A model generated the notes under the pieces. The model was given only the letters and a program-made list of their open reading frames with translations, did not search any database and had not been told where the DNA came from. A stretch of 54,520 bases of DNA, from assembly GCF_001194135.2 (NCBI RefSeq), contig NC_068991.1, positions 10,469,372 to 10,523,891 on the forward strand. Reading direction: 5' to 3'. This document shows, piece by piece, positions 1 through 12,345 of this stretch. Each line of letters begins with the position of its first letter. Position 1 is the stretch's first letter. The position numbers and the translations under genes were made by a program. Source of the stretch: Octopus bimaculoides. Taxonomy: Eukaryota.

Positions 1-1474
1 TATTTAAATTTACCGATCTTGTGATTGTTTTTCTTGGTTGTAAAAGTAGTGTCGATAAGAGACAACGTGTAAACTGTCTCGCAAACGCATTGTCACGATC
101 ATCATCATCATCATCATCGTCATAATGAACGGCTACGTAATCATCACGGTCGTGGTCTCGAGTCAGTCAGTCTCCATAATAATTCGCCGCTACCACCCAC
201 CCCCATCGTTACCCCCAATCCACAACCCACCCGCCCTGTTATTAATCTAAAGTGTCCATATTTCATACATCTGGCGAATGCGTAGTGTGTGATTTGAGTG
301 AGATTTCGTTCCTTTTTCTAGCAGGTCAAGCAACTGCATGGACGATCACCTTTTAGTTAGTATATTTTAGTGTTATCGTTGCTTAATCCAAAATTCAGTC
401 AAAGGCCTGCTAGACGTGACCGTCTAGTCTTTTAGGAAAGTCTTATCTAAGACTATATTATTGAAAGTGCCGTCTTATAGCTTAAAACTCTCGGGTAGGA
501 TTTTTGAGGAAATTTGACTGCTATTTCTAGCAGATCGAATGTGTCTATATAGATGTATGTAGTCATGTTCCTTGGGTTGTTTATGCGGATATTATAAAAG
601 GGGTTGGATATCCTGTCTGTGTGCAGATCCTTTTTCTAGGGAGCAGCTGTGACCTCCATATTGACACCTATAATATTATGCTATGTACAATTGTAATGGA
701 ACCGACGAGGTGTCTCTATGCAAACACTCAAATGCTAAAAATAGCAGCCTAATTAACTCTAATCTCAGGTGGGATAATGCAGACCAAAACAATATTCCCG
801 GAAAAAATAAGGCGTGATGGTCACGGTTTGAATGTTGTTGGTTGTTTGCTCGTTCCGAGATGAGATGGGGCTAAGCAAATGATATATCCAAGCCAACGAG
901 TGATCCTCCACGTGGTTGCTCGATTCGATCGGCTAGAAATAACAGCCCAAAATCCTTCATTGTCACTTAGTACTTTCTTAAAAAAAGGAGGGTGGGGTTC
1001 ATTAAGGAATACAGTAAACGCTTTTCGGGATCCATAGGGCCTGAGTAAAAATGAAAAAAAAAAAAAGGAGATAGTCACGACTGGAATTCATTCACATGCT
1101 TACATGTGGGTGTGTCATTATCCAAGATTTCTTGCCAATAGAGAAAGAACCGGTTTCTAACCTAGAACCAAGTTTTCTTCATTGGAATTTCAACATCTAC
1201 AACAGGGTATATGTATGTATGTATGTATGTGTGCGTGTGTGTGTGTGTGTGTGTGTTTCGGTGTGCTCATACAAGAAATGCTTGTCCCATATCCATTGCT
1301 GGTTCCGTTTTTGTATCGATTTATTTATTACTTATTATTACTTTTAAACTATTTTGTTGTCTTTGCTATTTTTCTTTTCTGTTCGACCAGCTTAGAATGT
1401 TGAGATGTGGTTAAATTTTGAGTTCTAATCATCATCATCTTCATCATCATCAACTTGGAAACAATTCTTCTTCG

Positions 1475-1642
1475 GTAATTTTACAGATTAACACCCGCAC
1501 GATCTTCACTAGAGTTTAGGGTTAGGGTTTTAGGGTTTGGGTTAGGGAATTCCGTCCCTAACCCTAAAACCCTAACCTTCACCCTAAAACCCTAACCTTA
1601 AACCCTAGTGAAGATCGTGCGGGTGTTAATCTGAAAAATTAC
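1475..1642. mobile_element. Foldback/MITE-like palindrome enclosing head-to-head telomere-like repeats
   Basis: 38-bp arms 1475-1512 (gtaattttacagattaacacccgcacgatcttcactag) and 1605-1642 are reverse complements with 1 mismatch; interior is degenerate (TTAGGG)n 1513-1548 facing (CCCTAA)n 1555-1604. Confidence 0.85.
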
Positions 1643-3097
1643 TTCTTGGTATTTTAGTTTATCGACCTCGGTCAGCTAAACTACTTGAGTTGATATTATC
1701 GACTAACGTTCTCCCTTTAGAAGTACTGGGCCCGTATCTATATTTAGAAAAAAAAAAATTTACAAGTTTACGAGAAGAAAATTTTATAATTTTTTTTCGA
1801 AAGTTTGCAACCGAAAATAAAAGTCATGGAGCCTGTTTTTTAAGGTTACTTTTGGACTAAAACNNNNNNNNNNNNNNNNNNNNNNNNNNNNNNNNNNNNN
1901 NNNNNNNNNNNNNNNNNNNNNNNNNNNNNNNNNNNNNNNNNNNNNNNNNNNNNNNNNNNNNNNNNNNNNNNNNNNNNNNNNNNNNNNNNNNNNNNNNNNN
2001 NNNNNNNNNNNNNNNNNNNNNNNNNNNNNNNNNNNNNNNNNNNNNNNNNNNNNNNNNNNNNNNNNNNNNNNNNNNNNNNNNNNNNNNNNNNNNNNNNNNN
2101 NNNNNNNNNNNNNNNNNNNNNNNNNNNNNNNNNNNNNNNNNNNNNNNNNNNNNNNNNNNNNNNNNNNNNNNNNNNNNNNNNNNNNNNNNNNNNNNNNNNN
2201 NNNNNNNNNNNNNNNNNNNNNNNNNNNNNNNNNNNNNNNNNNNNNNNNNNNNNNNNNNNNNNNNNNNNNNNNNNNNNNNNNNNNNNNNNNNNNNNNNNNN
2301 NNNNNNNNNNNNNNNNNNNNNNNNNNNNNNNNNNNNNNNNNNNNNNNNNNNNNNNNNNNNNNNNNNNNNNNNNNNNNNNNNNNNNNNNNNNNNNNNNNNN
2401 NNNNNNNNNNNNNNNNNNNNNNNNNNNNNNNNNNNNNNNNNNNNNNNNNNNNNNNNNNNNNNNNNNNNNNNNNNNNNNNNNNNNNNNNNNNNNNNNNNNN
2501 NNNNNNNNNNNNNNNNNNNNNNNNNNNNNNNNNNNNNNNNTATATATATATAACATTATACACTCACGTTGTGTCTGTTTGCGCGGGCGTGTGCATAATG
2601 TAGTATGAAAGACAATAAGCGTGTATGTACTGATGTTTATATACATCTGCATGCATAAATTATAAGTATATAAAGAAAGGAAAAATATTTTCTATTTATC
2701 TTCTCGATTAAATTTCACTAAATCTGTAACAATTCACACCAACTATTTAGTAAGATATGGATTTATCTGAATCGATAGCACATTAATATCCGACAGGGTG
2801 ATTCCCTGACCGAAACAATATTCTTCTGTGTGCAGGAAACACACACACACACACATACACGTGTTTATGGGTGTGTGCGTGCGTGTATACACAAACTCGT
2901 ACATACCGATTAATCTGCTGTTCGATATATTTCGTTATATTTTCCAATATATATTATCTACGTGGACTTTTCACATAAAATATCGAAATGGCCAGATAAC
3001 TTGCACACACGTACACATACACATGTACGTATGTATATAGATAGATCTGTGTGTATATGTATACATGGATAGTTATGTGTGTGTCTGTGTGTGTGTG

Positions 3098-3128
<31 letters not shown>

Positions 3129-3343
3129 AAATAATAAATGAGTATATGCATATATACGTACATGTATGTACATACCTACATCTACATGTATATATAGACG
3201 CATATCTGGGTNNNNNNNNNNNNNNNNNNNNNNNNNNNNNNNNNNNNNNNNNNNNNNNNNNNNNNNNNNNNNNNNNNNNNNNNNNNNNNNNNNNNNNNNN
3301 NNNNNNNNNNNNNNNNNNNNNNNNNNNNNNNNNNNNNNNNNNN

Positions 3344-3525
3344 GTACTTCCGGTGTCGGATATCGATCCGAAATTAACTGCGGCCCAACCCTCCGTCCAA
3401 AATTATTATTGCTATTGTTATCAATATCAATTTTTTTGTTATTGTTGTTATCTTATTACGGTTATTATTTATTTTACAAGTCGATAAAAATCGGTTCCGG
3501 TTAAGCTGTGATTCTGCAGGTGGGT
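3344..3525 (+). promoter_or_regulatory. Possible promoter/first-exon region
   Basis: ETS-type motif ACTTCCGG at 3346-3353, CpG-rich context, donor-like sites CAG|gtgggt and G|gtaaga near 3519-3524; upstream flank lost in an N gap. Confidence 0.2.
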
Positions 3526-3569
3526 AAGAGGGTGGATGTATGTGGTTCATTGTTTGTATCTTATCTATA

Positions 3570-3783
3570 TTGATTTCAAATTTTGGCTCAAGGCCAGCAG
3601 TTTCGAAGGAGGGTGCAAGTCGGGTACATAGACCCCAGTGCTCAACTAGTACTTATTTTATCGACCCCGAAAAGGATGAAAGGCAAAGTCTACCTTGGCG
3701 GAATTTGAACTCAGAATGTAAAGACGGACGAAATGCCAATAAGCATTTTTGGCCGGCGTGCTAACGATTCTGCCAGCTCGCCG
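3570..3783 (-). mobile_element. tRNA-derived SINE family C (Meta-like central domain), CpG-retaining copy
   Basis: Reverse complement gives head cggcgagctggcagaatcgttagcacg...gagttcaaattcc and core gcctttcatcctttcggggtcgataaaataagtac; matches copies at 8275, 17735, 29632, 50915. Confidence 0.85.
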
Positions 3784-4769
3784 CATACATATTTTATCTT
3801 ATAATAGAAATCATCTATTTTCACAGGTCAACGAGGTCTCTCTAACTGCTAGAAATAACAGCTAAGTACTGTCTTAAAGGACACATTGTCATCTACCGTA
3901 ATGACAGTAGTATCTGAAGTAGGAAGAAATAAAAGAACTTTGATCTTAGAAAACTTGAAAAGAAAAAAAGAAATCTGGTGAAAATTTAAAATATTTCTAT
4001 TGGTTGGAAGAATTAAAAAAAAAAATTCGGTATACTCGGTCATGACTAACCTGGGTTTAAACATTAAATAACAACAATTCTTGTAATTATTTATTCTAGA
4101 AATTCAGCGCGTATAACACTATAAGTTCAAATATTATCAGGGTTTATTTTGCCCATCTTTTTTGCATTCCGGGGTTGACATAATTGCCCCTCCGACCCGC
4201 CAAATGTGTGCTTTTTGTTACACTTATGCACCTGTGTTGCAAACAACTATCGTTATGTTTTGGTAGACTCATTAGAGCGTCCGACAAAGTACTTTGCGCT
4301 ATACCGTTACAACTCGTTGCATTTCGAGTTCGAATCGTGAGGTGTCAGGTGATGCCCGTGACGGTGCTTGCCTTAGCCTCGCAATCACCCATGGCAATGC
4401 CGTGATCCTTTTTGGCTTGTTTCAGTAGATTCTGCTGAACCTTGTGGTGTGCGACTAATTGAGGCCCTTGGTTTTGATGTCTTTTCTTTCTTTCTTCTCT
4501 TAAATTTCAGGCATTTTGTCCTAAATTAGAAACAATTATTGTTGCTGTTGTACAGGACTGTACACGGTCCTGTACACAGGACTCGGCTGCCCTCATAATA
4601 TGATCATGGGCACTTTGGGATGTACAAGGATCCTGTATGGATGAGGTAGGTGGTCAGATCCACAGTGGTACTCTTCTGATCCATCTGAGATAGAAGCTTC
4701 TCCATGCCTGTGTGCGTTGGTTGTCTGTATTTTTTATTGATTGATTGATTGTGTGTGTGTGTGTGTGTG

Positions 4770-4940
4770 TAGGCAACCTATGGCGGAATGGTTAAAAAGA
4801 CCACATCGCGACCGCGAGGTCTCAGGTTCGGTTCTACTGCCTGACATCTTGGTGTACTTTAATTTTCTACAACTTTGGGCCGACCCGTGTTTCGTAAATC
4901 GAATTAGGAAATCGGAAACTGTATAGAAGCCCGTCGGATG
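4770..4940 (+). mobile_element. Diverged SINE family A head
   Basis: A-box tggcggaatggtt, B-box ggttcggttct, then gggccgacc...ggaaactgtatagaagcccgtc as in family A. Confidence 0.65.
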
Positions 4941-5139
4941 GATTTTGCTTGTAATTTAAACGGTGTAAAACTTGTCATACATTGTGTAACATGGATTCCT
5001 GTTTGAGAATTACGTTAAGGGCACATGCTTGTGCATTCCGCTGGTACTTACGCGTTAATTCAGGAGCAGGTAATTCAGTTGATAGAACGATTGAATCGTC
5101 ATCGTCAAACGGCGGAGATCCTCCTCCTCCACATCTATC

Positions 5140-5272
5140 AATCAATCTATCTATCTATCTATCTATGTACCCATCTATCTATCTATCTATCTATGTACCC
5201 ATCTATCTATCTATCTATGTACCCATCTATCTATCTATCTATGTACCCATCTATCTATCTATCTATGTACCC

Positions 5273-5307
<35 letters not shown>

Positions 5308-5310
5308 CAT
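5140..5310. repeat. Higher-order minisatellite: (ATCT)4-5 punctuated by ATGTACCC
   Basis: Five ATGTACCC spacers at regular 24-28 bp intervals inside a TATC tract. Confidence 0.95.
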
Positions 5311-5745
5311 CTACACACATACACGCATGAATATATACACAATGCACGAACACACGCACACTTATACATGCACGTACGAATAATACACACACACACACAC
5401 ATAATCACACAACTAAGCACCCGCATAATATATGGGTGCGTGTGAATCTATTTTATTCTTTGTCTATTATAAAATATATTTTCTATATAATTAACAAAAG
5501 TTCACAGTATTAAAATTGGGGGTGGGGGCGAGAAAATAATAAGCATATCAAGTAAATAAATAATTAAAGCAGAGACATGCACACTCCTTCGTGTATATAA
5601 CATCGCGCCAAAGGGGACCCTCCCTCTAAAACACACATGTTATGTTATTACCCTGTGGGTAATTGCATGGCTGAGGCGTTTGAACAACAGCCATCCAGGC
5701 ACCTTCCCGTATTGATTTGTATCAAAATTTTGAACAAGTCCTTAC

Positions 5746-5877
5746 ATATTGCAATAACGTCCTTCCTTGCTCCACCCCCCTCATTTTATCATGGCTAAAT
5801 ATTTGTACATCCATTCGCTCGTCTTGTAAATTCCTTTTGGAACACGATTTTGTATGCATGAATGTGCGCGGTCGTTG
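5746..5877 (-). CDS. Candidate exon, unknown protein
   Basis: Minus-strand acceptor tttctctcatttatttttcag and donor TAT|gtaagg; 132 nt, open in phase 0 (QRPRTFMHTKSCSKRNLQDERMDVQIFSHDKMRGVEQGRTLLQY), or terminal exon in phase 1 (TTAHIHAYKIVFQKEFTRRANGCTNI*); no recognised homology. Confidence 0.25.
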
Positions 5878-6164
5878 CTGAAAAATAAATGAGAGAAATC
5901 ATTATTATTAATATCATTATTATTATTATTATAAAAGAAAACATCGTTATTGTAATTATTATTATTATTACTATTATTATTGTTGTTGTTGTTGTTGTTG
6001 TCGTTTGGAAGTCGATAAAATATGTGCCGGTCATGTCACGTGTTGTGTGTGTGTTCTTGTAATCTGTGCTAGGAGGAATCTGCTGTAGAATAACAACCCG
6101 AATGCTTGCTTGCTTGGTCTTCCTGAAAAATGTGTGGCCTTGTGCCAGTCAGTGTTTGATGTGG

Positions 6165-6430
6165 GAGCCACTTTACATGGTCGGTCGATCTGCTAGTAAT
6201 AACAGCCAGATCTCCTAATTACACCTCTGCTGTCTTGCCAAAGAAAAGATTCATTGGATAATGTCATCCTACACTCGTACATTTTGGACGACTTCATCCA
6301 ATGTGTACGTGTGTCTATGTATGTCAAAGATACACTGCCTGGCATTAAAAAAAGGGTATCGTAACGGGGCTAGAATGCCTTTTGATTATAGGTCTACCCT
6401 GTGGGTGTTATATGACATCAACAACCATCA
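6165..6430 (+). mobile_element. Interspersed repeat family E (ctgctagaaatagcagccaaatct core; ...ggggctaagcaacaa tail)
   Basis: Same core recurs at about 280-345, 490-545, 905-1010, 11150-11330, 12590-12660, 28880-29060, 31850-32060, 48945-49110, 49540-49680 and 53925-54125. Confidence 0.7.
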
Positions 6431-6593
6431 TTATTAATAGTATCATCGCTATCATTATTACTGTTGTTGTTTTCATGTTGTTAGCAGATTTGCTTGTCTA
6501 GCGGTGGGGGTGGGTGTTGTTGGTGGTGGCGGCGGCGGTGACGGTAGTGGTGGTGGTAGTGGTGGTGGTGGTTGTGTCTGTCTTCTACTTCAG

Positions 6594-6614
6594 ATATCGA
6601 TTTGCGATCACGAG
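6594..6614 (+). CDS. Candidate 21-nt micro-exon
   Basis: tgtctgtcttctacttcag|ATATCGATTTGCGATCACGAG|gtatgt: strong acceptor and donor, length divisible by 3. Confidence 0.25.
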
Positions 6615-6741
6615 GTATGTGATACGATTGCAATAAAAACAGTTTTCCCCTCCCTCTTTCACCGTCACTGCCGAACATCCGTAGACTCTTGTGGAATGTG
6701 TCAGGCGCTTCATTTAGAATATGCACCCCCCACCCCCGTAC

Positions 6742-6798
<57 letters not shown>

Positions 6799-6971
6799 CT
6801 CTCTTTCTCCCTCTCTCTCTATCTCTCTCGTTCTTCCTCTTATCCGCTTTACTACCAACCTCTCACTAACTCTTACCCTCGCTCGCTTACAAAGTGCAAG
6901 TTAATATCTGAAGACCAATGTTTTTGTAAATTGTATACAATAATGATTTTTCTACATCCACACACAACACA

Positions 6972-7078
<107 letters not shown>

Positions 7079-7479
7079 CTTGTATATATTTATATCTATG
7101 CTTATGTTTATTTGTGTGTGTATGTGTAGGGGGGAAATATGTCTGTAAATATATGTTTAATATGTACAAAATATGTGTTATGTGTGCAAATGTATCTGTT
7201 AGTGTGAACGAAATATACATGAGTCGATGTGTGTGCGTGTGCCAATTTCTCTGTTAGTATGTACGTATGTGCTGGACAAGTGTGTGTTGCGGAAGAGATT
7301 CCTAACTGAAGGGGTGGGGTATGTGATTGGCATTTTCGCAGACTGATCAGACCAGTGCTACTAATGTTTGTTTTGAACAACCGCAAGTTGGTGGCTGCAA
7401 GAAACCCGTGCAGGGCAGCGGCTCCAGTGGGCCAACATTCTGGGGAGTAAGGACTGGGAATGGTGGTGAGGCGGAGACA

Positions 7480-7730
7480 GTCATCGTCGTCATCGTTTTA
7501 GTGTTCACTTTTCCATGCTTGCATGGGTTGGATGGAATTGAGTCAGGTTTTCTACCGCTGGAGCCCCCCTCCTACGCTACCCCTCATATGTTTCCAGGAC
7601 AGGTTTTTCATGGAACATTAGAAATAAACGACACTGCTTATATGACAGTGATACTCATTTACAACTTCCATGAGACAAAAGCCTACACCCTCTCAAACAC
7701 ATACATGTATATATATGTATGTGAATGTGT
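7480..7730 (-). mobile_element. SINE family A, A2-type 3' half
   Basis: catcgttttagtgttcacttttccatgcttgcatggg...gacagtgatactcatttacaac...gagacaaaag then (CA/TA)n. Confidence 0.7.
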
Positions 7731-7951
7731 GTGTGTATACTCTCTCTCTCTCTTTTACTCTTTTTCCTAAGAGCACAAATGAAGGACAGGTCAAGGGTTA
7801 ATTATTGTAAAGTGATTTGGTCATCGTATTGAATATATCAAAAGCTATTTTGGCCTTTGTCATGATCAAAGCAAATCGGATGGTTAATCCAAGGAAAGAC
7901 ATCTTGGTTCCAACTTCATAATGCCAACTGTTTTGACAGAAGCTAAAATAT

Positions 7952-7964
<13 letters not shown>

Positions 7965-7985
<21 letters not shown>

Positions 7986-8190
7986 CCATTTAGTATTTGT
8001 GTTCTATGCTGGCATGGCTTAGATGGTTTGCCCGGATCTGATGTATCCAAGAATTGCATTGTGCTCCAGTGTCTGTTTTGGTATGGTTTTTACAGCTGGA
8101 TGTTCTTCGTAATGCCAGTCACTTTACAACATAGACTGAATGGATTTTTTTACATGCTGCCTGTGCTATTGGATTCGCCATGCAGCTTGC
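7965..8190 (-). mobile_element. Family B retroposon ((GAT)n tail)
   Basis: (CAT)n, then tgctggcatgg...acagctggatg..c.tc.taatgcca motif shared with other B copies. Confidence 0.75.
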
Positions 8191-8274
8191 AGAACCACAA
8201 ACCCTGTGGTGAGGGGAGGTGGGTGGAAATTGCTAGCCTTGTGCCAAAACTTGAAGACAATATCATTCTACCTT

Positions 8275-8500
8275 AAGGCGGGAAGCTGGCAGAATCATTA
8301 GCATGTCTGGCAAAATGCTTAGTGGCTTTTCATCGGTCTGGACATTTTGAGTTCAAGTTCCTCCAGAGTTAACCCTGCCTTTCATCCTTTTGAGGTTGAT
8401 AAAACAAGTACCAGTTGAAACACTGGGGTTAATGTAATCAACTTACCCACCCTTCTCTCTTTGAAATTTCTAGCCTTGTACTAAGATTTGAAACCAATAG
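8275..8500 (+). mobile_element. SINE family C, CpG-decayed copy
   Basis: ggcgggaagctggcagaatcattagcatg...gcctttcatccttttgaggttgataaaacaagtaccag. Confidence 0.8.
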
Positions 8501-8953
8501 TATTCTGCCTCTGCCTTCATTAGCACATACCAGCACATAATAGGATGAAGACTGTATTTGAAAATACAGTCTCTATTCTATTATAATATTGTCATTTCCT
8601 AGTTTATCATTGTGAAACATTTGTATTTCATCAGTATATTAGTGAATATTAATAACGTACTTTAAAAACCAATTCACAATGATTTATTGTAAAATCTACA
8701 GAAACCAAGGAAACAAGTGAGAATATGCCTGAACTCTACTTTGGATCAGCACCGAGTTGCTAGTTTGGATTTGCTACTGAAGAATGATATTTCAGAAATT
8801 AACTGTATTAATAATATGGTGGCAGTTAATAATATTTTAGCTTCATAACTCCTATGTTTGATAGATTTATTTTAGTTTTTTACCTAATCTGCACATGCAC
8901 ACATTCACACATAATATACATACATACATACATAAATACACACATATGTGTGT

Positions 8954-8984
<31 letters not shown>

Positions 8985-9099
8985 GACAACAGATGTTAAA
9001 TGATGATGACATTGTCTTAATATTGATTCCTCTTTTATATGTGCCTAGTTATCTGGTTAATTCCACACTATTAGGAAATGGGAAAGATATCATTATCAT

Positions 9100-9240
9100 C
9101 ATCATCATCATCATCATTTAATATCCTTGTTTCATGCTGGCATGGGTTGGATGGTTTGATAGGATCCGACGGGGTCTGCATCATACATCACTGTCTACTT
9201 TGATATGGTTTCTATGGCTGGATGCCCTTCCTAATGGCAC

Positions 9241-9274
<34 letters not shown>

Positions 9275-9480
9275 ACATTCCAATATGTGACCGCGTGTGC
9301 ATCATTTAGCGTCTGTTTTCCATGCTGGCATGGGTTGGATGGTTTGACTGAGGACTGGCAAGCCAGTAGGCTGCACCAGACGCCAATCTGATCTGGCAAT
9401 GATTCTACAGCTGAATGCCCTTCCTAATGCCAACCTTTCCGAGAGTGTAGTGGGTGCTTTTTACGTGCCACTGGCACCTC
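9100..9480 (-). mobile_element. Two tandem family B copies separated by (TA)n
   Basis: catgctggcatgggttggatggtttga occurs at about 9133 and 9320; both are followed by the gcccttcctaatg motif. Confidence 0.8.
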
Positions 9481-9614
9481 ACATATGGTATTTGGTAAAT
9501 AAAAACTGTGCTGGTGCCTGCAGTATAATGCTCCATGTTTTAAATATGTTAGCACTAACTATTGTTTTTTTTCAAGCTGATAGCATCTCTGAGTTATTCA
9601 TTTACATGTGCCGC

Positions 9615-9815
9615 TGGCACATAAAAACGTACCCGCTACACTCTTGGAGTGGTTGGCGTTAGGAAGGACATCCAGCTGTAGAAATCTTGTCAGATCAGAT
9701 TGGAACCTGGTGCATCTCCCCAGCTTACCAGTTTTCAGTCAAACCGTCCAACCCATTCCAACATGGGAAATGAATGTTAAATGATAATGATGATGATGAT
9801 GATGATGATGATGAC
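9615..9815 (+). mobile_element. Family B retroposon
   Basis: ggttggcgttaggaaggacatccagctgtagaaa...gttaaatgataatgatgatgat. Confidence 0.85.
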
Positions 9816-10489
9816 GTTGGTTGATATTGAAACGGCTATTGTTTCACGAGAAAGTTATTTTGCTTCAGAAAATATACGGTCAATGAAATGATTGTCTCCT
9901 AACTTTATTCTTTTGATCTATCTCATTAAAAATTCTAATTAAGTATTGTTTTGGTTTAGTTTGTTCAAAACAATAATGCAACTTTTGAATATTCTATTAT
10001 GAAGGCTGAAGAAATACTTTCACACTAATCTCCATTTGACATTTTGTCTTTTAATCCACTTGCTACTTCCAGCTGTCATTCTTTTATTCCGAAAGTCATC
10101 AGAATTTCATTGCTATGCCTTCATTCTTATTCTTATTAAAAGCCTGTTTCTTATTCTTATGTTTAGTTCAATTAAACTTGAAGAGCTTGTGAAATGTTTG
10201 CTGACATTCTCCTTATTCAAGTTTTTGTAAACATTTTTTTTGTTCTTCTTTTGTATCTATAAAAATGTTAACTAAGCTATTTGAACAGTGAAGCAATTAC
10301 AATTTGTACTAAAGTTCGTTTACATTTTTGTAAAAGTTTACAACTGGTATGCCTTAATTATGTTACGAGAATCACATTAAAAGTACAAGGGTATGTGAAA
10401 AGTTCCTACTCTAAAGAACAAGTCAGTGCACCGGGTAATGTAAGGAGAAAACTTTTGGATTCAGTGGCACCATGCTGGTGCCGTGTAAA

Positions 10490-10665
10490 AAGCACCCATG
10501 CCGGTGCCATGTACAAGGCACTGGTGCTGGTGCCATGTAAAAAGCATTCAGTACATTCTGTAAAGTGGTTGGCATTAGGAAGGGTATCCAATCATAGAAA
10601 CTATGCCAAAGCAGGCAAATGGAGCCTAGTGGAGCTCTCCAGCCTACCAGCTCCTGTTCAACTTT
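10490..10665 (+). mobile_element. Family B partial
   Basis: aaaagcacccat..., gtggttggcattaggaagggtatccaatcatagaaac. Confidence 0.65.
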
Positions 10666-10774
10666 TGGATTTTGTTGCTTGACCTTCCTATAAATATTGT
10701 AGCAGTCAAATATTCTGTGAATCACGTCTTCTATCCAAAAAAAAATGAAAGACATATTGAGTAATAAAAATGGA

Positions 10775-11150
10775 CATGATGGCATGGCTGTGTGGTTAAG
10801 AAGCTTGCTTCCCAACCATGTGGTCTTGAGTTCTGTCCCACTATCTTGTGGTATCTTGTGGATGTATCTTCTAAAATCATGGGCCAATCAAAGCCTTATG
10901 AGTGGATTTAGTAGATGGAAACTGAAAGAAGCTCATTGCATGTGTGTGTACCTTTGTCTTGACATCACATGATGGTTGTAAATGAGCATGGTGTTTCCAT
11001 GAAAAATATGTCTGACCATGGAAAATATCACCTTGCTGGGAAACAAGTGATGGTTGGGGACAGGTGGGACATCTGGCTGTATAAAATCTACCTCAACAAA
11101 TTCCATCTGATCCATACAAGTACGGAAAACTGAATATTAAATGATGATGG
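10775..11150 (+). mobile_element. Full SINE family A2 (tRNA head + CORE-like block + microsatellite + B-like (GAT)n tail)
   Basis: ggcatggctgtgtggttaagaagcttgcttcccaacc head; gtggatttagtagatggaaactgaaagaagc; tail ends ttaaatgatgatgg. Confidence 0.8.
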
Positions 11151-12084
11151 TCAAGGCTGGAAAACATTTGGACATAGATCAAAGCTGACATGGAACAAGA
11201 AAGGAAAGATTGGATTATGTAGTCTGAAGAAGAAAAAAAAACAAAAACAATTGGGATGGTCACATCTGGAATACTATAGATCTGCTTGATCGAAGCTGAT
11301 TAAGGCTAAGCTGGTGCTTAGCAACAACATGTGGTCACTAGATATAATACACCATGTTTGAATAAAAGATGGTGTGGTCATGTCTTTAAGAGAGCTTTTA
11401 TGCATAGGTTTGGCAGAGTTAAACACCAAGAATGACAACCATCAAATAAACAAAAATTAAATTATCTAATTTGATAAATATAAATGATTTTTTTTACAAT
11501 AGAATTGTTTGGCAAAAAAAAAAAATGAAAATTAGTAAAAATAGATCTAAGATGAAGAAATACTGTGATTAAAAAAAGAACAAGAAAAAGACCAAACTGC
11601 TAAATTTAGCTGTAAAAGTAGATTTCTCTAATAATCTCATCTGTAACAATGTGCGATTTTATAATGAATGGATCAGCTTGTGTTTACCAATCTCTACCTC
11701 TCTTTCTCTCTTCACTGCTTCCGCCTGTTTGTACGTCTGTATGTCTTGCCGACGACCACACTGCCACCAACCAAGCAATTCTGTTGTAATTTTCGCTGCT
11801 TTAAAGATTTGGAGATTTGGAGCAGCTGCAAAAATTCTATCTCCCACTTGTCATTAAGATTTGGCCTGCAGCTGAAGGCTAATCAGCCGACTTCTTGCTC
11901 ATTTTGACTTGTTAAAGTCGGTGTATTAATGTCTGTACGCTGCTATCTGCCACACACACACACACACACATGTACACACATGCATATACACGTACACACA
12001 TGCATATACATGTACACACATGCACATGCACGTATGTGTGTACGTACGCATGCACACAGACGCTTTCTCGTTTGTTTATAGCTG

Positions 12085-12268
12085 TCTTGTTTACGACTAC
12101 TACCACCATCACAGCCGCTGCTACAACTACTACTACTACTACTGCTGCTTCTGCTATTAATACAACTACAATCATGATCATTATTGCCACCATCACTACT
12201 ACTACTACCACCACCACCACCACCAGATTACTACTACTATCACAACCACCACACTACTACTGCTACTG

Positions 12269-12310
<42 letters not shown>

Positions 12311-12345
12311 CACCACCATCACCACTGCCACCAACAAGCAGCTTC
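12085..12345. repeat. Compound trinucleotide microsatellite (ACT/ACC/GCT/ATC)n
   Basis: Consecutive runs of related triplets; explains the poly-T/poly-Y/poly-V ORFs. Confidence 0.95.

Noticed and set aside
1507-1610. CACTA...TAGTG motif inside the foldback element
   Set aside because: The inverted repeat extends 32 bp beyond it, so these are not the termini; CACTA-superfamily assignment unsupported.
2783-2824. aatat-ccgacag-ggtga ttccc tgacc-GAAAC-a-atatt, hammerhead-like layout
   Set aside because: Core needs at least two edits and the NUH triplet is missing; too degenerate without a family consensus.
5605-5663. E2F-like GCGCCAAA and a 7-bp palindrome attaccc-tgt-gggtaat
   Set aside because: Single short motifs are expected by chance; no cluster or TSS evidence.
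8549-8572. Perfect 11-bp hairpin agactgtattt-ga-aaatacagtct
   Set aside because: Isolated, AT-rich and near chance expectation for a window this size.
8702-8848. 48-codon open frame after an AG (KPRKQVRICLNSTLDQH...)
   Set aside because: Weak polypyrimidine tract, no homology; frames this long occur by chance.
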